From IMG/VR virus record IMGVR_UViG_3300027741_000022, positions 123,645 through 187,644 of that record: 64,000 nt of DNA, one strand, 5' to 3'. The translations under genes were made by a program, and so were the position numbers. The notes beneath the pieces are model-generated. The model saw nothing but the letters and a program-made list of their open reading frames with translations, was not told where the DNA came from and searched no databases. Positions 10,012 through 19,217 of the stretch are shown piece after piece (within the stretch, counting starts at the first letter, position 1; each line of letters starts with the position of its first letter). This stretch comes from a virus.

Positions 10012-10203
10012 ATGAAATTTCAAGATCTTCAAAGGTTTTGTCTTGAGCGTGGATATACTGTTAAGCGTATTGAAAAGCATTATGAGTGGAAGCGAAATAT
10101 GGATTCCACAATTGGTATTGCTGATACATTGATTGAAACTCAGAAAGAAATTCTTAAAGATATAGAGCACATTAAAAATCATGACGTTTGCCAAGCTAAT
10201 TAA
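10012..10203 (+). CDS. small protein, tandem paralog 1
   Basis: MKFQDLQRFCLERGY aligns with MTFAKLIKFCDKNGY of the next two genes. Confidence 0.7.
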   Translation: MKFQDLQRFCLERGYTVKRIEKHYEWKRNMDSTIGIADTLIETQKEILKDIEHIKNHDVCQAN

Positions 10204-10405
10204 GTTTTGTGACAAGAATGGATACGAAGTAGAGAGATCAAATAGAGAATGGTGGTGCGGTAGTCATTCAAAGTATTTTTATAAATGGACTAGTAAAAAA
10301 ACAGGCTATAGCGAATCTCATGATTCAATAGCAGAAGCGTTTGATGCCATACTAGGCGATATAGAGGACGAGGACGAAAATCATGACATTTGCCAAGCTA
10401 ATTAA
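10181..10405 (+). CDS. small protein, tandem paralog 2
   Basis: MTFAKLIKFCDKNGYE; 5' nucleotides nearly identical to the next gene. Confidence 0.75.
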   Translation: MTFAKLIKFCDKNGYEVERSNREWWCGSHSKYFYKWTSKKTGYSESHDSIAEAFDAILGDIEDEDENHDICQAN

Positions 10406-10598
10406 GTTTTGTGACAAGAATGGATACGAAATAGACCGAACGCCAGGAGGCGAATACTTCCATTCAAAATACGATTATAATTGGCGTAAAAAAGATGATG
10501 AAGATCTTAATTTCAATTGCTCAGACACCATACCAGAAGCATTTAGCGATATACTAAAAGATATTGAAGAACGAAAGAGAGAACAAATTGAAACCTGA
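10383..10598 (+). CDS. small protein, tandem paralog 3
   Basis: MTFAKLIKFCDKNGYE. Confidence 0.75.
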   Translation: MTFAKLIKFCDKNGYEIDRTPGGEYFHSKYDYNWRKKDDEDLNFNCSDTIPEAFSDILKDIEERKREQIET

Positions 10599-10833
10599 AG
10601 TTGGTAAAAGAGTTCGTCTTTTGTCCAAGATGACAAACCCAGATTCAAAGTATATGCCAGAAGAAGATTTGGCAGTTGGATCGGTTGGTACAATTACCAG
10701 AATTCACACTGAAAGTCGCCCTGAATTTCATGTTATTGAAGTTAAATGGGATTGCGGCAGAGGATTAAGCCTTCTTCCTTATATTGATAAGTTCGAAGTT
10801 TTTGATAAAGAAGAAAAGAAAAATGAAAACTAA
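10588..10833 (+). CDS. DUF4314-like protein
   Basis: G.RVRL..M.....P.....G..GTI.......IEVKWD.G..LSLL...D.F; TTG start assumed. Confidence 0.65.
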   Translation: MKPEVGKRVRLLSKMTNPDSKYMPEEDLAVGSVGTITRIHTESRPEFHVIEVKWDCGRGLSLLPYIDKFEVFDKEEKKNEN

Positions 10834-11197
10834 AATCACACTAAAAAATTATTTGAGCAGCGTCAACTATTCAATTAGTTCTGCATGTGAGTTTCTTTGG
10901 GATTGTTATGGTGACAATGCCTTTAAACTTGACTACGACAAGAAAAGAGGCAGCAAATTTGTTTATTCTACCGGCATAGTTTTTGACTCCGATAAGCAAA
11001 CTGTTTATGAAATGACTGTTTGGGATTACAAAAAAGAAAAAGAATATCGTTGGATACATCCAAGGTATACGAAGAAGTATGAAGCAGAATCAATTAAAAG
11101 AGGCATCAGACCAGAACAGTCAATTGATGACCGAAACTTCTATGCAGTCTCAGCACAAACACTGCTATCTAAAATAAGAGAATTATCACGCAAATAA
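10823..11197 (+). CDS. hypothetical protein
   Basis: Start moved to ATG 10823. Confidence 0.75.
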   Translation: MKTKITLKNYLSSVNYSISSACEFLWDCYGDNAFKLDYDKKRGSKFVYSTGIVFDSDKQTVYEMTVWDYKKEKEYRWIHPRYTKKYEAESIKRGIRPEQSIDDRNFYAVSAQTLLSKIRELSRK

Positions 11198-11264
11198 ATG
11201 AGACTAGTGAATATTATATTCCAAAAGAATACATTGAAACTGTTTTGCTAAACAGAAAGATGAC

Positions 11265-11471
11265 TTGAAAAAAATCCAAAGAACTTGTAGACTCTGCGGC
11301 AAGCTAGTTGAAATGCTTGTTAATTCAAAAGATTTGTCTGACTGGAAAAGCGAAAAAAAATATATCCAAGATGCTATGCCATATCTTAGCGATAGCGAAA
11401 GAGAAATCTTAATCAGCAAAACATGCGGTGAATGTTTTGACAAAATGTTCCCACCAAATCCAGAAGAATAA
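11265..11471 (+). CDS. conserved phage Zn-finger-like protein
   Basis: CRLC...IQDAMPYLS..EREILIS..CGEC. Confidence 0.7.
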   Translation: MKKIQRTCRLCGKLVEMLVNSKDLSDWKSEKKYIQDAMPYLSDSEREILISKTCGECFDKMFPPNPEE

Positions 11472-11485
11472 ACAAGGAGGTTTTT

Positions 11486-11701
11486 GTGCGGCAGAAAATC
11501 AAGGATGTTATTGCAAAAGAACTTGGTTTGGTTGATATAGATGATAATGCAAGCATAAAGTTGCTTGGTGAAGATAGTATTGGAAGAATTGAATTGCTTT
11601 TTGCTGTAGAAACTGCTCTTGGTAAAAAGCTAACAGAGAGTGATATTCTTCAAATTGATACTGTTAACGATCTTGTGAGAGTTTTTGAAAAGAAAGATTA
11701 A
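11486..11701 (+). CDS. acyl carrier protein homolog
   Basis: 71 aa; LG.DS...IEL...VE...G..L.......I.TV..LV matches the ACP/PP-binding pattern, with the phosphopantetheinylated Ser retained (GEDSIG); AAGGAGG upstream. Confidence 0.75.
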   Translation: MRQKIKDVIAKELGLVDIDDNASIKLLGEDSIGRIELLFAVETALGKKLTESDILQIDTVNDLVRVFEKKD

Positions 11702-11780
11702 ATGGAATTTATCTTGCTTGTTGCTATTTCTTTTTTGTGTTTTGCCTTCAGTTTGATTCTATTCAACTTACTACCATATC

Positions 11781-12131
11781 ATGTCTAAGAAAAAAGCCAA
11801 AAAGAAAACAATTCAAAAGAAAATATCCTACAAAAACTTTAGTGACTGGTGGGATAAAGTTGGTTCAAAAGAAGTTGATAAGATTGAAAAAGCTTGGCTT
11901 AAAAACAATGAACCAAATGATGATGAAGATGAAGGCGGTGGCGATCATTGGCATGTGAATCAAATGATGCACAATGGCGATGCTCACGAAATGACCTATG
12001 AAAATGCAAATAATGCATATGAAAAAGGTTTGGGTGGTGAACAAATGGATCAAGGAGATAGTTTGTATTGTGAATTAGATGATGTAATTTACAAAGCATA
12101 TGAAATAGGGAAAAAGTTGAAGAAGAAATAG
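11781..12131 (+). CDS. hypothetical protein
   Basis: Basic N-terminus, acidic/His-rich middle. Confidence 0.7.
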   Translation: MSKKKAKKKTIQKKISYKNFSDWWDKVGSKEVDKIEKAWLKNNEPNDDEDEGGGDHWHVNQMMHNGDAHEMTYENANNAYEKGLGGEQMDQGDSLYCELDDVIYKAYEIGKKLKKK

Positions 12132-12132
12132 C

Positions 12133-12160
12133 TTGACAAATAGTTTCTTCCCGGTACGCT
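12133..12160 (+). promoter_or_regulatory. GGTACGCT element with TTGACA -35 box
   Basis: TTGACA-N16-TACGCT upstream of the TilS-like gene. Confidence 0.7.
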
Positions 12161-12212
12161 ACACAGACGAGCAGAGAGTGTAGACGCATATTTTATTTCC
12201 GAGATAAGCGGA

Positions 12213-12860
12213 ATGATTAAGATTATCAAAGAAATAGCTCCGCTGGATAAGCCTTGCTACTTTGCCGTTAGTATGGGCGTTGATAGCGTCTCAGCGTATC
12301 TGTGGATGGTGAACAAGGGCTATAAAGTAACCCCAATTCATTTCAATCACGGTCTAAGGGTTCAAAACGATTTGATGGAAGCAAAGTTTGTTGAGCTTTG
12401 TGAAGCTACCAACAAAAAGCCCATCATTGGCAATGGCAATAATCTTGTAACAGAAGCAGAGTGCCGACAAGCTCGCTTAAATTTCTATAAAGAAGCTGTT
12501 GAGTATGATGGTGTGATTCTAACTGCACACCATCTTAATGATTGTGTTGAAAGCTATCTTCTCAATTGTTTTAGAGGAAAGCCGACTCATAACTTCTTTG
12601 AACTTGTGAGTGAATTTCCTGATTATAAGATTGCCCATCCCTTTTTGATCTCACGCAAAAAGGACTTTGCTCAATACGTTGAGCGAAACAACTATTCCAG
12701 GTTTATTGTAGAAGATGAAACAAACAATGTTGTGAAGGGCAGCCGTCGCAACTGGATTAGAACTACCATTGTTCCGGAAATGAATAGTCAGAAGTTGAGT
12801 CTGGAAAAGTATTGTCTTGAAAGAATCGAAAACATGATCGAAAACTTTATTGGAGTATAA
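12213..12860 (+). CDS. tilS: tRNA(Ile)-lysidine synthetase-like, PP-loop catalytic domain only
   Basis: AVSMGVDS PP-loop, HFNHGLR, E..CRQAR, TAHHLND..ES.L....RG, EDETN, RNWIR..IVP are TilS N-domain motifs; C-terminal domains absent. Confidence 0.85.
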   Translation: MIKIIKEIAPLDKPCYFAVSMGVDSVSAYLWMVNKGYKVTPIHFNHGLRVQNDLMEAKFVELCEATNKKPIIGNGNNLVTEAECRQARLNFYKEAVEYDGVILTAHHLNDCVESYLLNCFRGKPTHNFFELVSEFPDYKIAHPFLISRKKDFAQYVERNNYSRFIVEDETNNVVKGSRRNWIRTTIVPEMNSQKLSLEKYCLERIENMIENFIGV

Positions 12861-12863
12861 AGA

Positions 12864-13052
12864 ATGGTTATTACTAAAGTTGCTGCATTAAAAACTGGTG
12901 ATAGGGTGGTTGTTGGTAATGAAGTTTTTGTTGTAACAGGATCGCATCAAACAGGACTTCATGATTTGCAAGTTTACATGAAAAGTGATTTGCATGAGTA
13001 TGAAATTAAACTTCCTTTGTTTGCTGGCGATAAAGTCCAGTTGGGGTGTTGA
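12864..13052 (+). CDS. hypothetical protein
   Basis: Packed ORF. Confidence 0.65.
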   Translation: MVITKVAALKTGDRVVVGNEVFVVTGSHQTGLHDLQVYMKSDLHEYEIKLPLFAGDKVQLGC

Positions 13053-13054
13053 AA

Positions 13055-13360
13055 ATGAAAAATAAAAGTAAAGATTTGCTTGAAAGTTTCGATGATGAAA
13101 TTGAAAAAGGCTATACGCAATATCATTTCACAGTAACTGGTGGTTTTCATGTAAAAAATACTTGGAAACCTGCATTTGATTGTAATAACGAAATTTGTGG
13201 TTTTGAAAAATCAGACGGCACTATCATTGATCTTGCTGTTTGTCTCCTTATGCAGAACGACAAAGGCGAGAGGGTGATTTTTAGCGATAAGCAATTGGAA
13301 AAAATTGGGTTTGAAAGTTTAGAATACGATACGGCAAATTTTGTAGAAATACACGAATGA
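13055..13360 (+). CDS. hypothetical protein with LLxSF motif
   Basis: MKNKSKDLLESFDD. Confidence 0.75.
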   Translation: MKNKSKDLLESFDDEIEKGYTQYHFTVTGGFHVKNTWKPAFDCNNEICGFEKSDGTIIDLAVCLLMQNDKGERVIFSDKQLEKIGFESLEYDTANFVEIHE

Positions 13361-13563
13361 ACATCGAAGAATACAAAGCAAAAGTTATTTGGTATTTGAC
13401 TGAAGAATATATGATCGCTGATCTTGAAGATATGAGCAGAGGAAGCGATGAATTGAGCGATGAGGTTGACAATCTTATTGAGAGTGCTTACAAAAAAAAG
13501 AAAAGCATTATGGTAGCAGCAAGAAGGCTGAAAGCTATTATTGATATGTTTACTGAGAAGTAA
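13357..13563 (+). CDS. hypothetical protein
   Basis: ATGA overlap. Confidence 0.7.
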   Translation: MNIEEYKAKVIWYLTEEYMIADLEDMSRGSDELSDEVDNLIESAYKKKKSIMVAARRLKAIIDMFTEK

Positions 13564-13733
13564 CTAACCAGGAGACTGAGCGATGGAAAAAAAGTTATGC
13601 GAACTCAGTGAAAAAATTGCTAAACTCATGGAAGAATACAAAATGAGAGTTTATGACTTAGAATTCATCAACGAACTGATTGAAAAAACTATTGAACGTG
13701 ATGAAAAAGAGTGTTCGTATTAAATCATTCTAG

Positions 13734-13754
13734 CAAGTTTCCTCCTGGTACGCT
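13734..13754 (+). promoter_or_regulatory. GGTACGCT early promoter-like element
   Basis: caagtttcctcctGGTACGCT in intergenic gap. Confidence 0.65.
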
Positions 13755-13804
13755 CTGCTGTTGTCGGATAGAGACACTATACACACTAGAAAAGGAACTA
13801 TAAA

Positions 13805-14254
13805 ATGGCTTGGCATATCGTTGCGAATGAGTCTGGTGAGTCCATCGAAAGCAAGAAGGTTTATTATCCCGTTAAGGACGAAGCTGGCGAGGTTAAGTAT
13901 CGTCGTAATGGCAAGCTGAATCTTGAGTGTCATTTCAAGCACGATGCTGTTGGCATGGATCAGGCTTGGAAGATTACTTATGCTTTGCGTAAGCGTAAGA
14001 ATAACGAAGGCGAATATAAGTATACTCATAACTTCAATATCCACGCACCGGATCGTAAGGTTCCCCGTAGGGCTCATAAGCTGGACGATGTTATGATTGT
14101 TGTGAAGAACGCTATTTTCAATGGTAGAAACACAACCGGCAGTCTTAACCTCAATAGTTTCAAGCGGAAGATGACTGAAATTGTCAACAAGGATTTTGCT
14201 GACTCTGTGGCAAATGAGTTTGTTGCTAAGATTAAGGAAGCGGTCGCAGGATGA
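13805..14254 (+). CDS. hypothetical early protein
   Basis: AAGGA upstream; distinct AAG/CGT/GCT-rich codon usage. Confidence 0.85.
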   Translation: MAWHIVANESGESIESKKVYYPVKDEAGEVKYRRNGKLNLECHFKHDAVGMDQAWKITYALRKRKNNEGEYKYTHNFNIHAPDRKVPRRAHKLDDVMIVVKNAIFNGRNTTGSLNLNSFKRKMTEIVNKDFADSVANEFVAKIKEAVAG

Positions 14255-14496
14255 AACTAAACACTAAAATTTCTGCAAAACTTGTTGATGTTAGGGGCGA
14301 TGTTTGTGAATACGCCGATATGATTGGTTGTTCTGGCACTTTGTATTTGAGTGAGGACAACGAAAATAATTGGTTTAATCCTGGTGGTGGTGAAACACTT
14401 GGGTTTTATCGTAAGCGAACAACCCAAAAGGATAATTTGATTCGAGTATCAACCCGTGCTGGTAATACCTTTGTGTTTGATGTAAATGAAAACTGA
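14251..14496 (+). CDS. hypothetical protein
   Basis: ATGA overlap. Confidence 0.7.
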   Translation: MKLNTKISAKLVDVRGDVCEYADMIGCSGTLYLSEDNENNWFNPGGGETLGFYRKRTTQKDNLIRVSTRAGNTFVFDVNEN

Positions 14497-15088
14497 ACTC
14501 TGTGAGCTTTTTGAAAAATATTACTCTGATAAGTGTCCACAATTAGGACTACATTCCTATTCACCCGTTTATTATGAATATCTGAGTGAATATAAAGAAA
14601 CCTTTTCAGATATTATTGAAATAGGTGTTGGCAATAAAGAGTTGATGGGTAAGTATTTTGGAGAAAATTATCAGATAGGAGCAAGTTTAAAAGCCTGGCG
14701 GGACTTTTTTGTAAATGCAAACATATATGGTTTGGATATTCGCAAAGATGTTCTTTTCAAAGAAGATAGACTAGCTTGCTTTTACACAGATCAGGGTTCA
14801 GAAATTGAATTAGAAAATGCTATTAGAGAAATCAAAAAATACAAAGGTGATGAAAATCTTTTGTTTGATTTGATAGTTGATGATGGAAGTCATAGATTTG
14901 ATCATATAATCACATCATTCAACTGTTTTTCTAAGTACGTTAAATCAGGTGGGTTTTATATTATCGAAGATGTTTTAACAAAAAACGTTGATTTGTTAAG
15001 AGAAAGACTAAACCAAAAAGATTTTGAGTTAGTGAAAATTTACGCAGGATCTAATTTTGATGGTTTTGTTTTGTGTAGAAAGAAATAA
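14486..15088 (+). CDS. class I SAM-dependent methyltransferase, sugar O-methyltransferase-like
   Basis: IIEIGVG, GASL.AW.DFF.NA.IYGLDI, FDLIVDDGSH, G.YIIEDV. Confidence 0.85.
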   Translation: MKTELCELFEKYYSDKCPQLGLHSYSPVYYEYLSEYKETFSDIIEIGVGNKELMGKYFGENYQIGASLKAWRDFFVNANIYGLDIRKDVLFKEDRLACFYTDQGSEIELENAIREIKKYKGDENLLFDLIVDDGSHRFDHIITSFNCFSKYVKSGGFYIIEDVLTKNVDLLRERLNQKDFELVKIYAGSNFDGFVLCRKK

Positions 15089-15141
15089 AGGAGCTATAAA
15101 ATGACTAAGATTAAGATGTTGGAAACTCAGGGTTGAATCAT

Positions 15142-15411
15142 ATGGCTAATAAAGAAGATAAAATCTACGTTGAATGTTCTTGTGGAAGTCCCGAGCATTT
15201 GCTCCAATTTGATCGAGACGAGGATTTTGTTTACGTTTACGTTCTTTTGAATAATGAAAATTTCTTCAAAAGAATTTGGCTCGGACTAAAGTATATTTTT
15301 GGTTACAAGTGTCGTTACGGAAACTTTGATGAGATTCTTCTCAGCAGAGAATCTGTAAAGAGTCTTGCTGAGTATTTGAATGAATCTGTAAAGAGTCTTA
15401 CTGAATATTGA
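15142..15411 (+). CDS. hypothetical protein
   Basis: ECSCGSPEH...F.KRIW.GLKYIFG. Confidence 0.7.
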   Translation: MANKEDKIYVECSCGSPEHLLQFDRDEDFVYVYVLLNNENFFKRIWLGLKYIFGYKCRYGNFDEILLSRESVKSLAEYLNESVKSLTEY

Positions 15412-15435
15412 GTGTCTGATTTTTCAAAGGAGAAA

Positions 15436-15714
15436 ATGATGAAGAAGATTGTTGTTGCTCTTGTTTTGATTGTTGCTTGTGGCTCGGCTGCCAATTGTGT
15501 TTATGCTGATGGTGCTACCAAGATTGATGATAATGAAATCAATAAGATTTTGAAGGCAAAGGAAATTGTGAGGGGAATGGTTAATTTCCCCGACACCCTT
15601 GTGTTTCATGAGTTTGCCACAAAGGTTAATGGTAATACTGTGACGCTTAAGTTTACTGCAAAGAACGCTTTCGGAGTACCTGAAACCCACGTTAAGGATA
15701 TTAAGGTTAATTGA
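15436..15714 (+). CDS. putative exported or membrane-anchored protein
   Basis: AAGGAG; MMKKIVVALVLIVACGSAA signal-like N-terminus; FTAKNAFG motif. Confidence 0.7.
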   Translation: MMKKIVVALVLIVACGSAANCVYADGATKIDDNEINKILKAKEIVRGMVNFPDTLVFHEFATKVNGNTVTLKFTAKNAFGVPETHVKDIKVN

Positions 15715-15720
15715 TCTATC

Positions 15721-15758
15721 GCCACCGCCTAGAGTAAAATCTAGCCGGTGGTTGTTTT
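15721..15758 (+). terminator. intrinsic terminator-like hairpin
   Basis: ccaccg-cctag..ctag-ccggtgg followed by TTGTTTT. Confidence 0.55.
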
Positions 15759-15979
15759 ACTAATTACTAAAACTAAAAGGAAAGAAAATGAAGCTTAAAA
15801 ATTTGGACAAGAATGATTTTACTCAGGTTGAGCAATACGCTGATGCGCAGGTTGCTGAAATGATTGCGGCTTGCACCAAGGGCGGCGAATTAGATACCGT
15901 TATGTTGATGGATCTTTTAAAGGATCATATCATACACAATATTAATCCTGACTTTTTCCCTGCTTGAAAAGAATTACTA

Positions 15980-16168
15980 ATGAAATTTTTAGTCGAAATT
16001 ACAACAGATATTGATCTGGACGAGGAACAAATTATTGATTTTATGATCGGCTTGAATAGCGGCATGGAGGAAAAGATTTATCCTGGGTCAAATTGGGTAA
16101 GTCAAACTTTTAGTTGTGATCACGAAACTAGCGCTAAATTTGTTGGCATCATAAAAGGAGATAACTGA
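15980..16168 (+). CDS. hypothetical protein
   Basis: Packed ORF. Confidence 0.65.
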   Translation: MKFLVEITTDIDLDEEQIIDFMIGLNSGMEEKIYPGSNWVSQTFSCDHETSAKFVGIIKGDN

Positions 16169-16440
16169 TGGAAAAATTTACAAATCAACAACCAAAAAAG
16201 GGACAAATAATTTGCACCTGTGGTCATGAAGCTAAAAATTACCATTGGTACAAAAGCGAAGGAATTAAAATTCAAGTTCCTAAAGAAAATGACCTGACCT
16301 TGGTAAGTGTCGCCTACTGGATCGAACTATGTCCAAATTGCCACAAAAAGTACCGCTCAAATCCACATAAAGCAATAAAAACTCACTACTTTTGGCAAAA
16401 AGAAAAACCACATGTCACGACAGATGAACAAACCCAATAG
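16168..16440 (+). CDS. Zn-finger-like hypothetical protein
   Basis: CTCGH...CPNC. Confidence 0.65.
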   Translation: MEKFTNQQPKKGQIICTCGHEAKNYHWYKSEGIKIQVPKENDLTLVSVAYWIELCPNCHKKYRSNPHKAIKTHYFWQKEKPHVTTDEQTQ

Positions 16441-16460
16441 ATTGCCTTAAGAAAGAAAAA

Positions 16461-16760
16461 ATGTACGGATTTTATTCTGCCGATGCAGAAGAAAGATATG
16501 GTTACGCAATTTATTCAAGCCAAGACGGTAGAGAATTAAAAGTTACATTTGCAACATCAGATCCTTCAATTGTAGATGAACATTATCATTTTGAAGATAA
16601 ATTATTTGTTGGACAGCTTGGTGATTTTATAAATTCATATCCCAAAAATCAAGGCAGAAAATGGGATGCTGTTTGGATGAAAAAAGGAAGAGAGCAGGAA
16701 GGAATCGTTGTTAATTTTATTCTTTGCAAAAAAAGCAGACTTAGAAGAGAAAGATTTTAA
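16461..16760 (+). CDS. hypothetical protein
   Basis: Packed ORF. Confidence 0.7.
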   Translation: MYGFYSADAEERYGYAIYSSQDGRELKVTFATSDPSIVDEHYHFEDKLFVGQLGDFINSYPKNQGRKWDAVWMKKGREQEGIVVNFILCKKSRLRRERF

Positions 16761-17105
16761 ATGGAAAAGTGCTACAGTGTCACGATTGAACAGACTCTAA
16801 AGAGAACCTTGACTTTGCCAATTCCAAAGTCTGGACTGTCTCAAAAAGAAATCGAAGAAGTTTTGAGCAGAATGACATTCGGTAGTTATTTTGAACCTGA
16901 ATCTGGATATGAAACTTGTTACGGCGACATTCTCAAAACCGAATCTGAAAAATACGAAGTTAAGATTGAAGAAGATGAAAATGAGACTTATCAAATTGAA
17001 GATGGCTATGAAAATGATGAAGATGTAGATTTTTGTAACGAGTTTGAAGAAATAGTGTGCGAAGAAATTCTTCCAAAGCAACCAAATCAGTCCAGTGGAT
17101 TGTAA
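16761..17105 (+). CDS. acidic hypothetical protein
   Basis: Packed ORF. Confidence 0.7.
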   Translation: MEKCYSVTIEQTLKRTLTLPIPKSGLSQKEIEEVLSRMTFGSYFEPESGYETCYGDILKTESEKYEVKIEEDENETYQIEDGYENDEDVDFCNEFEEIVCEEILPKQPNQSSGL

Positions 17106-17106
17106 A

Positions 17107-17406
17107 ATGAATAATAAACCTAAAAAGCTACTTAAAACATTCACCAACAAATCATTTTTTAAAGTTGCTATTACTCGCACTCAAATCCAAACCCAGTTTT
17201 TTCATGTAGAGGCTTCAAGTCGAACTGATTTGGAAAATACTCTTGAAGAACTTGATTTTAATCATATTGATGAACGATTTGATGAAGCTGAAGTTCAATC
17301 TATTGATTATGAGGTCGGAAATATCAATAAAATTGACAAGCCTGTCAGCAAGAGTTTTGCAGATGAAGATTTGCAGCTAATGCTGAATGACTGTGACAAT
17401 GTCTAA
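17107..17406 (+). CDS. hypothetical protein with KKLLxTF motif
   Basis: MNNKPKKLLKTFT; F.V.I.R......VEASS pattern. Confidence 0.7.
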   Translation: MNNKPKKLLKTFTNKSFFKVAITRTQIQTQFFHVEASSRTDLENTLEELDFNHIDERFDEAEVQSIDYEVGNINKIDKPVSKSFADEDLQLMLNDCDNV

Positions 17407-17435
17407 TGAAATCAGAAAAATGTGGAATATATTAA

Positions 17436-17777
17436 ATGACTACTAAAATTGATATTAGCTCGCTTGATGAAGCAACAAAGAACAAGATTGTTGATCTTAA
17501 AAAAAGATGCTCTGAGTTAGGTGTCGGAGAAGAGGTTGTTGTTAACCTGCCTATTACAATCACATATGGCTGGTATGAAGGACACAGTGGCGTTGTTCAC
17601 GAATGGGGTAATTATCCTAAGTCTGAAATTAATTGGGAAATAGTCAAACAACACGAAAAAGAAATTCAGCAGAAACTTGATGCTGAAGTCAAGAGTATTC
17701 TAGACTTTGCAAACAGTGTAGCCGATCAACTTGGCGTTGATCGAGATGAGTTTTGGAATCAGTATTTTTTGCCTTAA
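17436..17777 (+). CDS. hypothetical protein
   Basis: Packed ORF. Confidence 0.75.
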   Translation: MTTKIDISSLDEATKNKIVDLKKRCSELGVGEEVVVNLPITITYGWYEGHSGVVHEWGNYPKSEINWEIVKQHEKEIQQKLDAEVKSILDFANSVADQLGVDRDEFWNQYFLP

Positions 17778-17793
17778 AAGAAAGGGGTATTAT

Positions 17794-18042
17794 ATGGGAT
17801 GGGTTAAAAAATTAAAGAGCGGATTGTCTTTGAGAAAGTCTGTAGATAACGATGACATCGAATCTACCATTAAGTCTCTTGTTTTGGTTTGGAAAGAAAT
17901 CGACACCAGCCTAGCAAAAGCAGAAGTTAAAAGACTTGAAAAGAAAATCGAGTCTGGATCATTTACTGAAAGCTATGTCAACAAGAAGTTAGCTCAGCTT
18001 TACAATTATTGTGATTCTATGGGCTACTGGATAGAAGTTTAA
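17794..18042 (+). CDS. hypothetical protein
   Basis: Start moved to ATG 17794. Confidence 0.7.
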   Translation: MGWVKKLKSGLSLRKSVDNDDIESTIKSLVLVWKEIDTSLAKAEVKRLEKKIESGSFTESYVNKKLAQLYNYCDSMGYWIEV

Positions 18043-18051
18043 GGAGCAAAA

Positions 18052-18270
18052 ATGAAGACAATTTCGATGATCCCCAGAGGCATTGCTTTTAAAAACGAAA
18101 AGTGTGTTGCGGTAGGATGCTGCACTGATTTGTATAGGGGAAAACCAAACGTCAAAACGATGGTTATTGATTTTCCAACTGACCATTATGATTTTTTTGG
18201 ACCAATTAATCCTCATGGTTTGACGTTAGCTGAAATCAATCAGAAAATTGCCGAATATATTGAAAAGTAA
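18052..18270 (+). CDS. hypothetical protein
   Basis: AAGGAG upstream. Confidence 0.75.
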   Translation: MKTISMIPRGIAFKNEKCVAVGCCTDLYRGKPNVKTMVIDFPTDHYDFFGPINPHGLTLAEINQKIAEYIEK

Positions 18271-18273
18271 CAA

Positions 18274-18495
18274 ATGGCTACCAAAAACAAAAAGTTGCTT
18301 GAAACATTCGCCACTAAAACCAAATATGTTGTTAGCGTGTGTCGGATTGCTTATGGACACAATGAAATTGAGGTAGAAGCTGATAGCCCTGAACAGGCAG
18401 AAGAAAAAGCATTAGACAAGGCAGGAGACTATCTCTACAATGAACATACAAGCGAGTATGAAGTGACTGGCGTTACGCGGAATGATGAAGATTAA
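18274..18495 (+). CDS. DpnD/PcfM-like small protein with KKLLETF tag
   Basis: Y.VSV.R......IEVEA.S.EQAEEKA. Confidence 0.55.
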   Translation: MATKNKKLLETFATKTKYVVSVCRIAYGHNEIEVEADSPEQAEEKALDKAGDYLYNEHTSEYEVTGVTRNDED

Positions 18496-18521
18496 CCGCC
18501 CTGTAATTTGAAGGGAAGTAA

Positions 18522-18851
18522 ATGAATACTAAAAACAAAAAGTTGCTTGAAACATTCGATAGCAATTGTCGTATCATCAATGATGCAGAAGATTTTAACA
18601 ATGTGTTTGTTAATTTTGACTGGATGGTTAATGCCACGCTTAGAACAATTATTTGTGGTATTATTGAAAAAGGTGGATATGCTTTAGTGAAATCTTCTAT
18701 CAATCCCGAAGAATCACTGTGGGATGGATTACTCACAATTCATTTTGCAACTCCTGCTTCTGCCCAAAAAATAGTCAACTTGATTAAAGCTGCAGGGGCG
18801 GATGATTTTGGAATGGAAGATGATAAAACTTTATGTCTTTGGTGGGACTGA
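18522..18851 (+). CDS. hypothetical protein, tandem duplicate A
   Basis: MNTKNKKLLETFD; near-identical to the next gene. Confidence 0.8.
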   Translation: MNTKNKKLLETFDSNCRIINDAEDFNNVFVNFDWMVNATLRTIICGIIEKGGYALVKSSINPEESLWDGLLTIHFATPASAQKIVNLIKAAGADDFGMEDDKTLCLWWD

Positions 18852-18861
18852 AAGGAAGTAA

Positions 18862-19203
18862 ATGAATACTAAAACTAAAAAGTTGCTTGAAACATTCGAT
18901 AGCAATTATCGTATCATTAACGACACAGAAGATTTTAACAATGTGTTTGTTTGTTTTGACTGGATAGTTAATGCCACGCTTAGAACAATTATTTGTGATA
19001 TTATTGAAAAAGGTGGATATACTTTAGTGAACTCTTCTACCGATCCCGAAGAATCACTATGGGATAAATCACTCACAATTCATTATGCAACCCCTCCTTC
19101 TGCCCAAGAAACAGTCAAGTTGATTAAAGCCGCAGGTGGCGGGATGCTAGCCGTCGATTTTGGAATGGAAGATGATAAAACTTTGTATCTTTGGTGGGAC
19201 TGA
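18862..19203 (+). CDS. hypothetical protein, tandem duplicate B
   Basis: MNTKTKKLLETFD; recent duplicate of the previous gene. Confidence 0.8.
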   Translation: MNTKTKKLLETFDSNYRIINDTEDFNNVFVCFDWIVNATLRTIICDIIEKGGYTLVNSSTDPEESLWDKSLTIHYATPPSAQETVKLIKAAGGGMLAVDFGMEDDKTLYLWWD

Positions 19204-19217
19204 AAGAGAGTAAAATT

